From Actinomycetota bacterium (GTDB taxonomy: Bacteria > Actinomycetota > UBA4738 > HRBIN12): a stretch of 50,685 nt of DNA. The notes under the pieces were generated by a model. The model ran no database searches. It was not told the origin of the DNA and was given only the letters and a program-made list of their open reading frames with translations. A program made the translations under genes and the position numbers. Positions 18,897 to 27,013 of this stretch are shown here, in pieces (the stretch's first letter is position 1; the number at the start of each line of letters is the position of its first letter). Where the stretch lies: the NCBI GenBank assembly GCA_005885325.1, contig VAYX01000014.1:1-50685 (forward strand). Direction: 5' to 3'.

Positions 18897-19633
18897 ACAA
18901 CGATAGCTCACTGGTTCGTCTCGAGAACGTTCACAAGTGGTTCGGAAGCCTCCACGTCCTGAAAGGGATCGACCTTTCTCTCGCACCTCAGGAAGTTCTC
19001 GTGATCATCGGACCATCTGGTTCGGGGAAGTCGACCCTCCTTCGCTGTGTGAATCTGCTGGAGCTGCCGACGCAGGGCCGTGTGTGGTTCGACGGCAGGA
19101 ACATCACCGATGTCCGCACGGACGTCGACGAGGTTCGGACCCACATCGGGATCGTGTTCCAGGCCTACAACCTCTTCCCCCACAAGACGGCGTTGCAGAA
19201 CATCACCGTGGCCTTGGAGAGGGTCCTAAGGCTCGGCCACAATGAAGCTCGGGACCGGGCCTTGCAGCAGCTGACCAGGGTTGGAATGGCGCAGAAAGCC
19301 GAGGGGTACCCGGGGCAGCTCTCCGGGGGCCAACAGCAACGTGTGGCCATCGCTCGGGCTCTGGCTATGCAGCCCAAGGTGATGCTCTTCGATGAGGTCA
19401 CGTCTGCCCTCGACCCCGAGCTCGTGGGCGAGGTGCTCGAGGTCATGTTGCGATTGGCCGGCGAGGGGATGACCATGATGGTGGTCACCCACGAGATGGG
19501 TTTCGCGCGAGAAGTTGGCACCCGCATGCTCTTCATGGATGACGGGGTGATCGTCGAGGAGGGTGAACCCCGGGAGCTCTTTTACCACCCTCAGACCGAT
19601 CGGCTCCGCCAGTTCCTGGCCAAGGTCCTATGA
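18893..19633 (+). CDS. polar amino acid ABC transporter ATP-binding protein (GlnQ-like)
   Basis: 246 aa. Walker [25 protein letters not shown], Walker [13 protein letters not shown]-loop VTHEM. ATGA overlap with the permease. Confidence 0.95.
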   Translation: MNNDSSLVRLENVHKWFGSLHVLKGIDLSLAPQEVLVIIGPSGSGKSTLLRCVNLLELPTQGRVWFDGRNITDVRTDVDEVRTHIGIVFQAYNLFPHKTALQNITVALERVLRLGHNEARDRALQQLTRVGMAQKAEGYPGQLSGGQQQRVAIARALAMQPKVMLFDEVTSALDPELVGEVLEVMLRLAGEGMTMMVVTHEMGFAREVGTRMLFMDDGVIVEEGEPRELFYHPQTDRLRQFLAKVL

Positions 19634-19640
19634 GGCCCCG

Positions 19641-20006
19641 GTGAACTCAGCCAGGGCCCGGGGGATCCTGGCCGTTGCCGCGCTGGCCGTGGTGGTCCTC
19701 GCCCCGGTGGTGTGGAGGCAGACCGTCCGTCCCGCCTACGTGGTCACGGCCATCGACTACCACTTCCACGACGCACACCCCACGACCCCCATCGGACCGG
19801 GCCGGGATCTGGTGGTACAGAACGACGGGCGGAACCTCCACAACGTCACGATCCCCGGGACCACCTATTCGCAGGATGTGGCGCCCGGTCACCGGTTAGT
19901 GATCCGCGACATCGCGGCGTTCCTGGGGGGACCGGGGGAGTATCCGTTCCATTGCCGGTTCCACCAGTCCCTAGGGATGACCGGGGTCATCGTCATCGCT
20001 CGATGA
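19641..20006 (+). CDS. small membrane-anchored or secreted cupredoxin (type-1 blue copper protein, plastocyanin-like ligand spacing)
   Basis: Start taken at the GTG 19641 (8 nt after the ATPase stop, frame-checked). This gives a hydrophobic N-terminus ILAVAALAVVVLAPVV. Copper-ligand pattern H (LHNVTIP) ... C-x2-H-x4-M in YPFHCRFHQSLGM. Confidence 0.75.
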   Translation: MNSARARGILAVAALAVVVLAPVVWRQTVRPAYVVTAIDYHFHDAHPTTPIGPGRDLVVQNDGRNLHNVTIPGTTYSQDVAPGHRLVIRDIAAFLGGPGEYPFHCRFHQSLGMTGVIVIAR

Positions 20007-20058
20007 ACGCCGCGTCCCTTCGATGCACACGCGAAGCGCGGATGATCAAGGACCGAGT

Positions 20059-20145
20059 AGAAAACAAAGACGGGCCGAGGAACCTTTGGAGCCGCTCACG
20101 CCTTCCCCATACGCGAGCGTTGTCTACTCGGTTCCTCGGCCCGTC
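20059..20145 (-). terminator. intrinsic terminator-like long hairpin with U-tract (minus strand)
   Basis: Minus strand: GACGGGCCGAGGAACC (20145-20130), a 45-nt insert containing the sub-hairpin CGCTCGCG/CGTGAGCG, GGTTCCTCGGCCCGTC (20084-20069), then TTTGTTTTCT (20068-20059). Confidence 0.55.
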
Positions 20146-20287
20146 AAATGCTGGCCCCGAGCAACCCGGGCTCCCGGTTGACCGGCCGCCACCCGGGGAA
20201 GGTCGTCCTCGGGAACTCTCGCCCCCTCGGAAAGCTCTCTCCCGGAGGCGCTTCCGGCCTCCCGGTCCCAGCGGCCGCTCGGGACCG
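20060..20287 (-). ncRNA. candidate ~230-nt structured RNA of unknown family (own promoter and intrinsic terminator)
   Basis: Lies in a 438-bp gap between convergent genes. On the minus strand there is TTGACA-17 nt-TAGATT, then multiple GC-rich helices, then a 16-bp perfect stem followed by TTTGTTTTCT. An inner helix has a G-U pair on the minus strand that would be an A-C mismatch on the plus strand. No plausible ORF. Confidence 0.45.
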
Positions 20288-20293
20288 GAGCGA

Positions 20294-20322
20294 AATCTAG
20301 CGAGGCGTCCTTGACCTGTCAA
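20294..20322 (-). promoter_or_regulatory. sigma-70/SigA-like promoter: -35 TTGACA, 17-nt spacer, -10 TAGATT
   Basis: Minus strand reads TTGACA (20322-20317), GGTCAAGGACGCCTCGC, then TAGATT (20299-20294), verified base by base. Confidence 0.5.
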
Positions 20323-20444
20323 CGCGAAACACCTACTTGCACTGCAACGGATTCGGAACAACCACGCAGGTAGCGAGGCGGTTCGTTCCGCAGAAGAAAG
20401 AGTGACAACGATCAACGATTGGTCGTCGATCCGATCGACGCAGC

Positions 20445-21254
20445 TCAGGCTCCCGCCGCGATCAGGACGAGCTCGGTGCCGAGTCCCAACACGAATCCGG
20501 CGAACACGCCCCACAACGTGATCTCCCACGACAACCGACGACCCGCGCCGAACAGCTCGCCGACGACGTAGAGGATCGCTCCCGCGGCCAACGCGAGGAA
20601 CGCCACGAACACGAGGTCCGAGTGGAACATGGTCCCCACGACCGTCCCCAGGAACGTCGGCCCGCCTCCGACCACGCCGGCCAGGAGCAGCCAGCCCCAC
20701 GACGCGCGCTCGCCGGCGGCGGCCAGCGGCCCCACGATCCCGAACCCCTCCGTCCCGTTGTGCAGGGCGAACCCGATCACCAACAGGAGAGCCAGCGACA
20801 CCTCGCCCGCCGTCGCGGCCTGTCCGATGGCCAGACCCTCCGAGAAGTTGTGGAGCCCGATCCCGATGGCGATCGACATGCCGACGCGAAGGGCCTCGGT
20901 CCGGACGTCCGCCTCGGCCAACGCCATGGCGCCGGGCCCGACGCTCGCGCCGGGGCGCCGTCGCCAGGCCCGCCCGACGTGGAGGAGGCCGAGGAGTCCC
21001 ACCCCGAATCCGGCCCCGTACAGGAGCCCGACGGCCACGAGATGGGTCCAGGCGTCCCGGCGGACGGCATCCTCCAAGGGTTGGGTGGCGTGCTCGAGGA
21101 TGTCGAACAGCAGGAAGATCAGGATTCCCGCCGAGACCCCGTTGAGGAACGTCTTCAGCGCCTTGCTCTGGTGCCGCACTCGCCCCATCGGGAGTCCGAC
21201 GAAGATGGTGAATCCGGCCACCGCCCCCAGGATGACCGTCTGCAGCGTGCTCAC
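20445..21254 (-). CDS. ZIP-family divalent metal (zinc) transporter, ZupT-like
   Basis: 269 aa, about 8 TM helices. HNFSEGLAIG and HNGTEGFGIVG metal-binding motifs typical of ZIP/ZupT. GAGGAG SD upstream of the GTG start. Confidence 0.88.
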   Translation of the reverse strand: MSTLQTVILGAVAGFTIFVGLPMGRVRHQSKALKTFLNGVSAGILIFLLFDILEHATQPLEDAVRRDAWTHLVAVGLLYGAGFGVGLLGLLHVGRAWRRRPGASVGPGAMALAEADVRTEALRVGMSIAIGIGLHNFSEGLAIGQAATAGEVSLALLLVIGFALHNGTEGFGIVGPLAAAGERASWGWLLLAGVVGGGPTFLGTVVGTMFHSDLVFVAFLALAAGAILYVVGELFGAGRRLSWEITLWGVFAGFVLGLGTELVLIAAGA

Positions 21255-21370
21255 GTCCTCGAGATCTCCTCGCTCCTCGGCCCGATGAAACCGGGCGAAT
21301 CCTACTGGCCGAGTCGGATTCTACCGAGTCTGATCGGCGCCGAAGGAGCGCGCTTCCATCGGCCCGGGGA

Positions 21371-21393
21371 CCGTCGGAGGCCGCGTCTACAAT
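21371..21393 (+). promoter_or_regulatory. polA promoter candidate: CCGTCGGAG-N8-TACAAT, 7 nt upstream of the start codon (leaderless-type)
   Basis: TACAAT at 21388-21393 and GTG start at 21401. No SD between them. The upstream element resembles those of uvrA and uvrB. Confidence 0.4.
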
Positions 21394-21400
21394 CCCCTCG

Positions 21401-24046
21401 GTGGCCACCGGCGTGAGCGATCCCCCCAAGCGACTGTTCCTCCTGGACGGGCACAGCCTGTCGTACCGAGCGTTCTTCGCCCTGCCGCAGTCCCTGGCCA
21501 CCAGCACCGGGCAGGTGACGAACGCCGTCTACGGCTTCACGTCGATGCTCATCAAGCTCCTGGCGGAGGAGCGCCCCGACCTGATCGCGGTGGCCTTCGA
21601 CATCGGGGCGCCGACGGTGCGGCTGGAGAAGTACGCCGAGTACAAGGCCGGCCGGCCCGAGGCTCCCGACGAGTTCCGCCAGCAGCTCGGCCTGATCGTC
21701 GAGGTCCTGGAGACCCTCCGGGTGCCGGTGATCGGCGTGGAGCGGCACGAGGCGGACGACGTCATCGCCACCCTCGCGGTCCAAGCGGCGGACGCGGGGA
21801 TCGAGGTGGTCATCGTCACCGCCGACCGCGACTTCTTCCAGTTGGTCCGGCCGGGGATCAAGGTCATGTTCAACCGCCGGGGCATCTCCGACATCGCCCT
21901 GTACGACGAGCAGGCGGTCCGGGACCGGTTCGGCCTGTCGCCGGAGCAGTACCTGGACTACGTGGCCCTCAAGGGCGACACATCCGACAACATCCCCGGC
22001 GTCCCCGGGGTGGGGGAGAAGACCGCGGCGAAGCTGGTCCAGGACTTCGGCTCGGTGGAGGAGCTCCTGGCTCGTTCCTCGGAGCTGAAGGGCAAGCTCC
22101 GGACCTCCATCGAGGAGGCCGGGGATCAGCTCCTGCTGAACAAGGACCTGGCCCGGCTCAATACCGAGCTGGAGCTGGACCTCAGCCCGGACGAAAGCGT
22201 GATGGGCGAGTGGGACATGGATGCGGTGCATCGGCTGTTCACCTCGCTCGAGTTCCGCACACTGCTCGAACGGCTCGAGGACGTCGGCCGCGGCCCCAAG
22301 CCCGCGGCCGACCTGGCGGAGCTCGATCTGCGAGAGACCTCGGCCGCCGAGGTCGGGTCCCTCATCGCAGGTCCGGGGCCCAAGGCCGTTCGCCTGGATC
22401 TCGACGGACGGTCGATCCGGGGGATCGCGGCGTCGCTCGGCGGCGGACAGGCCGCGTACGCGCCCCTTGAGACGCTCGACCCGGCCGCCGACGGTCTGTC
22501 GGACGGCTCGGCGCTGAAGTGGACGCACGATGCCAAGGACACCGAGGCGGCCGTCATCGCCTCAGGGCGCACGCTCGCCGGCGTGGCGTTCGACACCATG
22601 CTCGCGGCGTATCTGCTCGATCCGGCGGGCACCAACTTCCAGCTGGGCACCCTGGCCCAGCAGTACCTGGGATCGGACGTCTTGGCGGGGGTGCAGGGGG
22701 AAGCCGAGGGGGAGCTGTTCGGCCAGTCCTGGAGGGTCGTCGCGGCCGAGGCCGCCGCGGTGGCCTTGCTGGCCCCGGCCCTGGCGGAGCGGATCGATCG
22801 CGCGGGGCTGGGCCGGCTGCTCGACGAGGTGGAGATGCCACTCTCCTCCATCCTCGCCCGGATGCAGGCCCGAGGTGTGGCCCTCGACGTCGAGTACCTG
22901 AATGCCATGGCGAACGACGTTCGAGACCGGATGGCCACGTTGCAGGCCGAGATCTACCGGCAGGCGGGGGAGGAGTTCAACCTCAACTCGCCGCCCCAGC
23001 TCCGAGCCATCCTGTACGACAAGCTCGGTCTGTCACCGGGCAAGCGAACGCCGAAGGGGCAGCTCTCCACCGACGCCTCGGTCCTGGAGAAGCTTCGCGA
23101 CCAGCACCCCATCGTGGACGCGCTCCTCTCATGGAGGGAGCTCGACAAGCTGAACTCGACGTACCTGGAGGCCCTGCCCCGGCAGGTGGATCCGGCCGAC
23201 GGACGCGTGCACACCACGTTCAATCAGACCGGCGCGACGACCGGACGGCTCTCCTCCTCGAACCCCAACCTCCAGAACATCCCGGTCCGAGGGGAGCTGG
23301 GGCGGCAGATCCGCAGGGCGTTCATCCCCGGCTCGGAGGATCAGCTCCTGCTGGTGGCCGACTACTCGCAGATCGAGCTCCGGATCCTGGCCCACCTGTC
23401 CGGCGACGAGGGCCTGAGGTCGGCGTTCGCCGAGGGACGCGACATCCATGCCGCGACGGCGGCCCGCGTGTTCGGGCTTCCCGAGGACAAGGTCGACGCC
23501 TCGCTCCGCAACCGGGCCAAGATGGTGAACTACGGGCTGGCCTACGGGATGAACGCCTTCGGCTTGGCCCAGCGCCTGGACATCGCCCCCGACGAGGCCC
23601 AGGAGATCCTGGACGCGTACTTCCAGACCTTCCCCCAGATCCGCGACTACCTCGACCGGCAGGTGGCCAGGGCGGCCGCGGAGGGCTTCACCGAGACCAT
23701 GTTGGGGCGGCGGCGATACATCCCCGAGCTCCAGGCGTCCAACCCGCGTGTACGAGACCTTGGCCGCCGGATGGCCTTGAACGCGCCGATCCAGGGGAGC
23801 GCGGCCGACGTGTTCAAGCTCGGGATGATCAGGGTGGACCGGGCCATCCGGTCCTCGACCCTCCAGATCCACATGCTGCTCACCGTCCACGACGAGCTGG
23901 TCTTCGAGGTCGAAGCGGCGCAGGTCGAGGAGGCCGCGGCGCTGGTGAAGAAGGAGATGGAACAGGCCCACGAGCTGTCGGTGCCCCTCCGGGCGGACAT
24001 CGGATGGGGCCGGAACTGGGCCGAGGCGGCGCCGGCCGGCCACTGA
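21401..24046 (+). CDS. polA: DNA polymerase I
   Basis: 881 aa. N-terminal 5'-3' exonuclease domain (LLDGHSLSYRAFFAL, GDTSDNIPGVPGVGEKTA). C-terminal pol A family motifs (DYSQIELRILAH, RNRAKMVNYGLAYGM, VHDELVFE). Confidence 0.97.
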   Translation: MATGVSDPPKRLFLLDGHSLSYRAFFALPQSLATSTGQVTNAVYGFTSMLIKLLAEERPDLIAVAFDIGAPTVRLEKYAEYKAGRPEAPDEFRQQLGLIVEVLETLRVPVIGVERHEADDVIATLAVQAADAGIEVVIVTADRDFFQLVRPGIKVMFNRRGISDIALYDEQAVRDRFGLSPEQYLDYVALKGDTSDNIPGVPGVGEKTAAKLVQDFGSVEELLARSSELKGKLRTSIEEAGDQLLLNKDLARLNTELELDLSPDESVMGEWDMDAVHRLFTSLEFRTLLERLEDVGRGPKPAADLAELDLRETSAAEVGSLIAGPGPKAVRLDLDGRSIRGIAASLGGGQAAYAPLETLDPAADGLSDGSALKWTHDAKDTEAAVIASGRTLAGVAFDTMLAAYLLDPAGTNFQLGTLAQQYLGSDVLAGVQGEAEGELFGQSWRVVAAEAAAVALLAPALAERIDRAGLGRLLDEVEMPLSSILARMQARGVALDVEYLNAMANDVRDRMATLQAEIYRQAGEEFNLNSPPQLRAILYDKLGLSPGKRTPKGQLSTDASVLEKLRDQHPIVDALLSWRELDKLNSTYLEALPRQVDPADGRVHTTFNQTGATTGRLSSSNPNLQNIPVRGELGRQIRRAFIPGSEDQLLLVADYSQIELRILAHLSGDEGLRSAFAEGRDIHAATAARVFGLPEDKVDASLRNRAKMVNYGLAYGMNAFGLAQRLDIAPDEAQEILDAYFQTFPQIRDYLDRQVARAAAEGFTETMLGRRRYIPELQASNPRVRDLGRRMALNAPIQGSAADVFKLGMIRVDRAIRSSTLQIHMLLTVHDELVFEVEAAQVEEAAALVKKEMEQAHELSVPLRADIGWGRNWAEAAPAGH

Positions 24047-24081
24047 CGCCGCGTCGCGCCGGCCGATGACGGTGCACCCCG

Positions 24082-24111
24082 TTGACGGGCGTTTGCCCAG
24101 GTAGCTACCAT
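24082..24111 (+). promoter_or_regulatory. possible rpsA promoter: -35 TTGACG, 18-nt spacer, -10 TACCAT
   Basis: TTGACG at 24082-24087 and TACCAT at 24106-24111, about 80 nt upstream of the rpsA ATG, which has a GAAGGAGGAG SD. Confidence 0.3.
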
Positions 24112-24190
24112 TCCCGGGCCGCGAGGAGCGTCCGCTTCACCGCGATCCACCCCGCAGCACAATGGGCGCGCCGCGCGCACGAAGGAGGAG

Positions 24191-25666
24191 ATGGTTCACA
24201 TCGAGACGAGCGAAGCCAAGGCCGCGCCCGAGCGCGACCTGACACCCGAGGAGCTGGTCGACGCGGTCGAGGCCAGCCTCCGCGACTTCAAAGACGGCGA
24301 CATCGTCGAGGGGACGGTCGTGAAGATCGACCGGGACGAGGTCCTCCTCGACATCGGCTACAAGTCCGAAGGGGTCATCCCGGCCAAGGAGCTCTCGATC
24401 CGCCACGACATCGACCCGAACGAGGTCGTGCACGTGGGGGACAAGATCGAGGCCCTGGTCCTCCAGAAGGAAGACAAGGAGGGCCGCCTCATCCTGTCGA
24501 AGAAGCGCGCCCAGTACGAGCGGGCGTGGGGCCGGATCGAGGAGGTCATGCAGTCCGGCGGCACCATCAAGGGCCCCGTGATCGAGGTGGTGAAGGGCGG
24601 CCTCATCGTGGACATCGGCCTGCGCGGCTTCCTGCCGGCCTCCTTGGTCGACCTTCGTCGGGTCCGGGACCTGCATCCGTACGTGGGCCAGGAGATCGAG
24701 GCCAAGATCATCGAGCTCGACCGGAACCGCAACAACGTCGTGCTCTCGCGCCGGGCGTTCCTGGAGGAATCCCAGAGCGAGGGGCGCAAGAAGTTCCTGG
24801 AGTCTCTCCAGAAGGGGGAGCGGCGCAAGGGCACGGTGTCCTCCATCGTGAACTTCGGGGCTTTCGTGGACCTTGGCGGGGTGGACGGCCTGGTGCACGT
24901 CTCCGAGCTGTCGTGGAAGCACGTGGATCACCCGAGCGAGGTCGTCCAGGTGGGCCAGGAGGTCGAGGTCGAGATCCTCGACGTGGACCTGGAGCGGGAG
25001 CGCGTGTCGCTGTCGCTGAAGGCCACCCAGGAAGACCCGTGGAAGGAGTTCGAGCGCAAGTACCAGGCCGGCGAGATCATCGAGGGGCAGGTCACCAAGC
25101 TCGTTCCCTTCGGGGCCTTCGTCCGCGTCGCTGCCGGCATCGAGGGGCTCGTGCACATCTCCGAGCTCTCGGAGCAGCACGTCGATTCCCCCGAGTCCGT
25201 CCTCTCCGTCGGTGACCAGGTCCGGGTGAAGGTCATCGAGGTCGATGTGGCCCGCCGCCGCATCAGCCTGTCGATGCGCCAGGTGGGCGGGGCCCTGCCC
25301 GCCGTGGCGGAGCAGGAGATCGAGGCGGAAGAGGAAGAGGTCCGCCCCGAAGGCGCCCCGACGCCCGGGGCGGAGGCGGCGGTGGTGAGCGAGGAGACGG
25401 CCGAGAAGGCTCCAGAACCGTCGCCACCGGCCGCCGATACCACCGAGGTCGAGGTGGCCGAAGCCCCGAGCGAAGCCCCGAGCGAAGCCCCGAGCGAAGC
25501 CCCGAGCGAAGCCCCGAGCGAAGCCCCGAGCCAGAGCCCGGCCGATGCGCCCGAGGCACCGGAGGAGGCCGCCCCGGCAGAGGAAGCGGCGCCGGCGGCC
25601 GACGAGGACGTCTCCCTCGAATCCATCCTGGAGGACCTTCGCCGGCGCGAGGGCCGCGCCGAGTAG
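24191..25666 (+). CDS. rpsA: 30S ribosomal protein S1
   Basis: 491 aa. Four S1/OB repeats (GDIVEGTVVKID.., G.IKGPVIEVVKGGLIVDIG.., KGTVSSIVNFGAFVDLGG.DGLVHVSEL, GQVTKLVPFGAFVRV..GIEGLVHISEL). Acidic, Pro/Ala-rich C-terminal tail. Confidence 0.97.
   Translation: MVHIETSEAKAAPERDLTPEELVDAVEASLRDFKDGDIVEGTVVKIDRDEVLLDIGYKSEGVIPAKELSIRHDIDPNEVVHVGDKIEALVLQKEDKEGRLILSKKRAQYERAWGRIEEVMQSGGTIKGPVIEVVKGGLIVDIGLRGFLPASLVDLRRVRDLHPYVGQEIEAKIIELDRNRNNVVLSRRAFLEESQSEGRKKFLESLQKGERRKGTVSSIVNFGAFVDLGGVDGLVHVSELSWKHVDHPSEVVQVGQEVEVEILDVDLERERVSLSLKATQEDPWKEFERKYQAGEIIEGQVTKLVPFGAFVRVAAGIEGLVHISELSEQHVDSPESVLSVGDQVRVKVIEVDVARRRISLSMRQVGGALPAVAEQEIEAEEEEVRPEGAPTPGAEAAVVSEETAEKAPEPSPPAADTTEVEVAEAPSEAPSEAPSEAPSEAPSEAPSQSPADAPEAPEEAAPAEEAAPAADEDVSLESILEDLRRREGRAE
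25460..25531 (+). repeat. perfect 6 x 12-bp tandem repeat (GAAGCCCCGAGC) encoding (EAPS)6 in the S1 C-terminal tail
   Basis: Six identical 12-nt units counted directly. They are in frame within rpsA. Confidence 0.95.
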
Positions 25667-25674
25667 CACCTCCC

Positions 25675-26286
25675 ATGCTGCTCGTCGGCCTCACCGGCGG
25701 GATCGGCTCAGGCAAGTCCACGGTGGCCCGGATGCTCGAGAAGCGCGGTGCCGTCGTCTTCGACGCCGACGTCCTGGCCCGACAGGCGGTTGCGCCCGGG
25801 ACGCCGGGGTTCGAGAAGGTCGTCGAGCGGTTCGGCCCCAACGTGCTTGCCCCCGGCGGCGGGCTGGACCGGGAGGCGCTGGCCAGCATCGTCTTCTCGG
25901 ACCCGGCCGCCCGTCGCGATCTCGAGGGCATCGTTCATCCAGAGGTGCGGCGGATGTTCGCCGAAGGATGTGAGGAGTACCGGGACTCCGATCGGGTGGT
26001 GGTGTTCAGCGCGCCGCTGCTCGTCGAGACGGGCATGCACACGGCCTTCGACCTCCTCATCGTGGTGTCGGCGCCCGTGGCCACCCAGATCGAGCGGCTG
26101 ATGCGAGATCGGGGCATGGCGGAACGAGACGTCCAGGCTCGGATCGACGCGCAGCTGCCGTTGGAAGCCAAGGCGGAGGCGGCCGACGTCCTGGTTGACA
26201 ACGAGGGGACGCTCGAGGACCTCGAGGCCCAGGTCGAGCGGGTGTGGCGGAACCTGGTCACCCGAGCCGGATCCGGCGCGAGCTGA
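25675..26286 (+). CDS. coaE: dephospho-CoA kinase
   Basis: 203 aa. P-loop GLTGGIGSGKST, FDADVLAR and HPEV motifs. Conserved position after rpsA. Confidence 0.93.
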   Translation: MLLVGLTGGIGSGKSTVARMLEKRGAVVFDADVLARQAVAPGTPGFEKVVERFGPNVLAPGGGLDREALASIVFSDPAARRDLEGIVHPEVRRMFAEGCEEYRDSDRVVVFSAPLLVETGMHTAFDLLIVVSAPVATQIERLMRDRGMAERDVQARIDAQLPLEAKAEAADVLVDNEGTLEDLEAQVERVWRNLVTRAGSGAS

Positions 26287-26314
26287 GCCGGGGCCGGTCG
26301 CTATCATCGGGCCC

Positions 26315-27013
26315 GTGAGGTTCGAGGCGGTCTTCTTCGACGCCGGGGAAACGTTGGTCCATCCCCATCCCACGTTCGCGGACCTGTTCTCGCGGATCCT
26401 GAAGCGTGAGGGCTTCGACGTGGGACCCGAGATCATCAAGGACCGGATCCACGTCGTGTTCGACCGGTTCCGGGAGGCGGCAAGGACCAAGGAGCTGTGG
26501 ACGACGACCCCCGAGAAGTCCCGCCTCTTCTGGCACGACGTCTACGCCATCTTCTTCCGTGAGACCGGTATCCCCGACTCGGACGGGCTGATCGACACGG
26601 TGTATCGCGAGTTCACCGACCTGGCCAACTACTCGCTCTTCGACGACGTCGTCCCGGTGTTGGGCAAGCTCCGCGACGCCGGTTTGAAGCTGGGCGTGGT
26701 GTCGAACTTCGAGGAATGGCTGGAGCGCCTGCTCGACCAGCTCGGCGTGAGCGCGTTCTTCGACGTGCGGGTGATCTCCGGCGTCGAGGGCCTGGAGAAG
26801 CCGGACCCTCGGATCTTCGAGCTGGCGATGGACCGCGCCCACGTCACCCCCGAGCGCTCGGTCTACGTGGGGGACAACCCCGAGTTCGACGTCGACCCGG
26901 CCGCCGCGGCCGGCATGTTCCCCGTCCTGCTCGACCGGCGGGAACGGTTCTCCGACGCGAGCGCGACCCGTATCACGACGCTCGACGAGCTCCCCGGGGT
27001 CCTGGGGTTGTGA
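26315..27013 (+). CDS. HAD-superfamily subfamily IA hydrolase
   Basis: Start at the GTG 26315 (frame-checked; the longer ORF overlaps coaE). Motif I FFDAGETL, motif II VVSNF, KPDPRIF, motif IV YVGDNPEFDV. Confidence 0.8.
   Translation: MRFEAVFFDAGETLVHPHPTFADLFSRILKREGFDVGPEIIKDRIHVVFDRFREAARTKELWTTTPEKSRLFWHDVYAIFFRETGIPDSDGLIDTVYREFTDLANYSLFDDVVPVLGKLRDAGLKLGVVSNFEEWLERLLDQLGVSAFFDVRVISGVEGLEKPDPRIFELAMDRAHVTPERSVYVGDNPEFDVDPAAAAGMFPVLLDRRERFSDASATRITTLDELPGVLGL

Noticed and set aside
20007-20444. Possibility that the structured intergenic region is tmRNA, RNase P RNA, SRP RNA, 6S or 6C RNA.
   Set aside because: From memory of these families I found none of their hallmarks on either strand. 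There is no GGGGCTGA 5' end, tRNA-like GGTTCGA..CCACCA 3' end or ALAA-type tag frame (tmRNA). There is no GAGGAAAGTCCGGGC or ACAGAACCCGGCTTA (RNase P). There is no GGUCCGGAAGGAAGCAGCC helix-8 motif (SRP). Its identity is therefore left open rather than assigned, and a covariance-model scan is still needed.
21255-21400. A Zur-type (zinc uptake regulator) operator expected upstream of the ZIP transporter gene.
   Set aside because: No AT-rich TGAAAAT..ATTTTCA-like palindrome is visible in the divergent ZIP/polA intergenic region, so I cannot support a Zur box.
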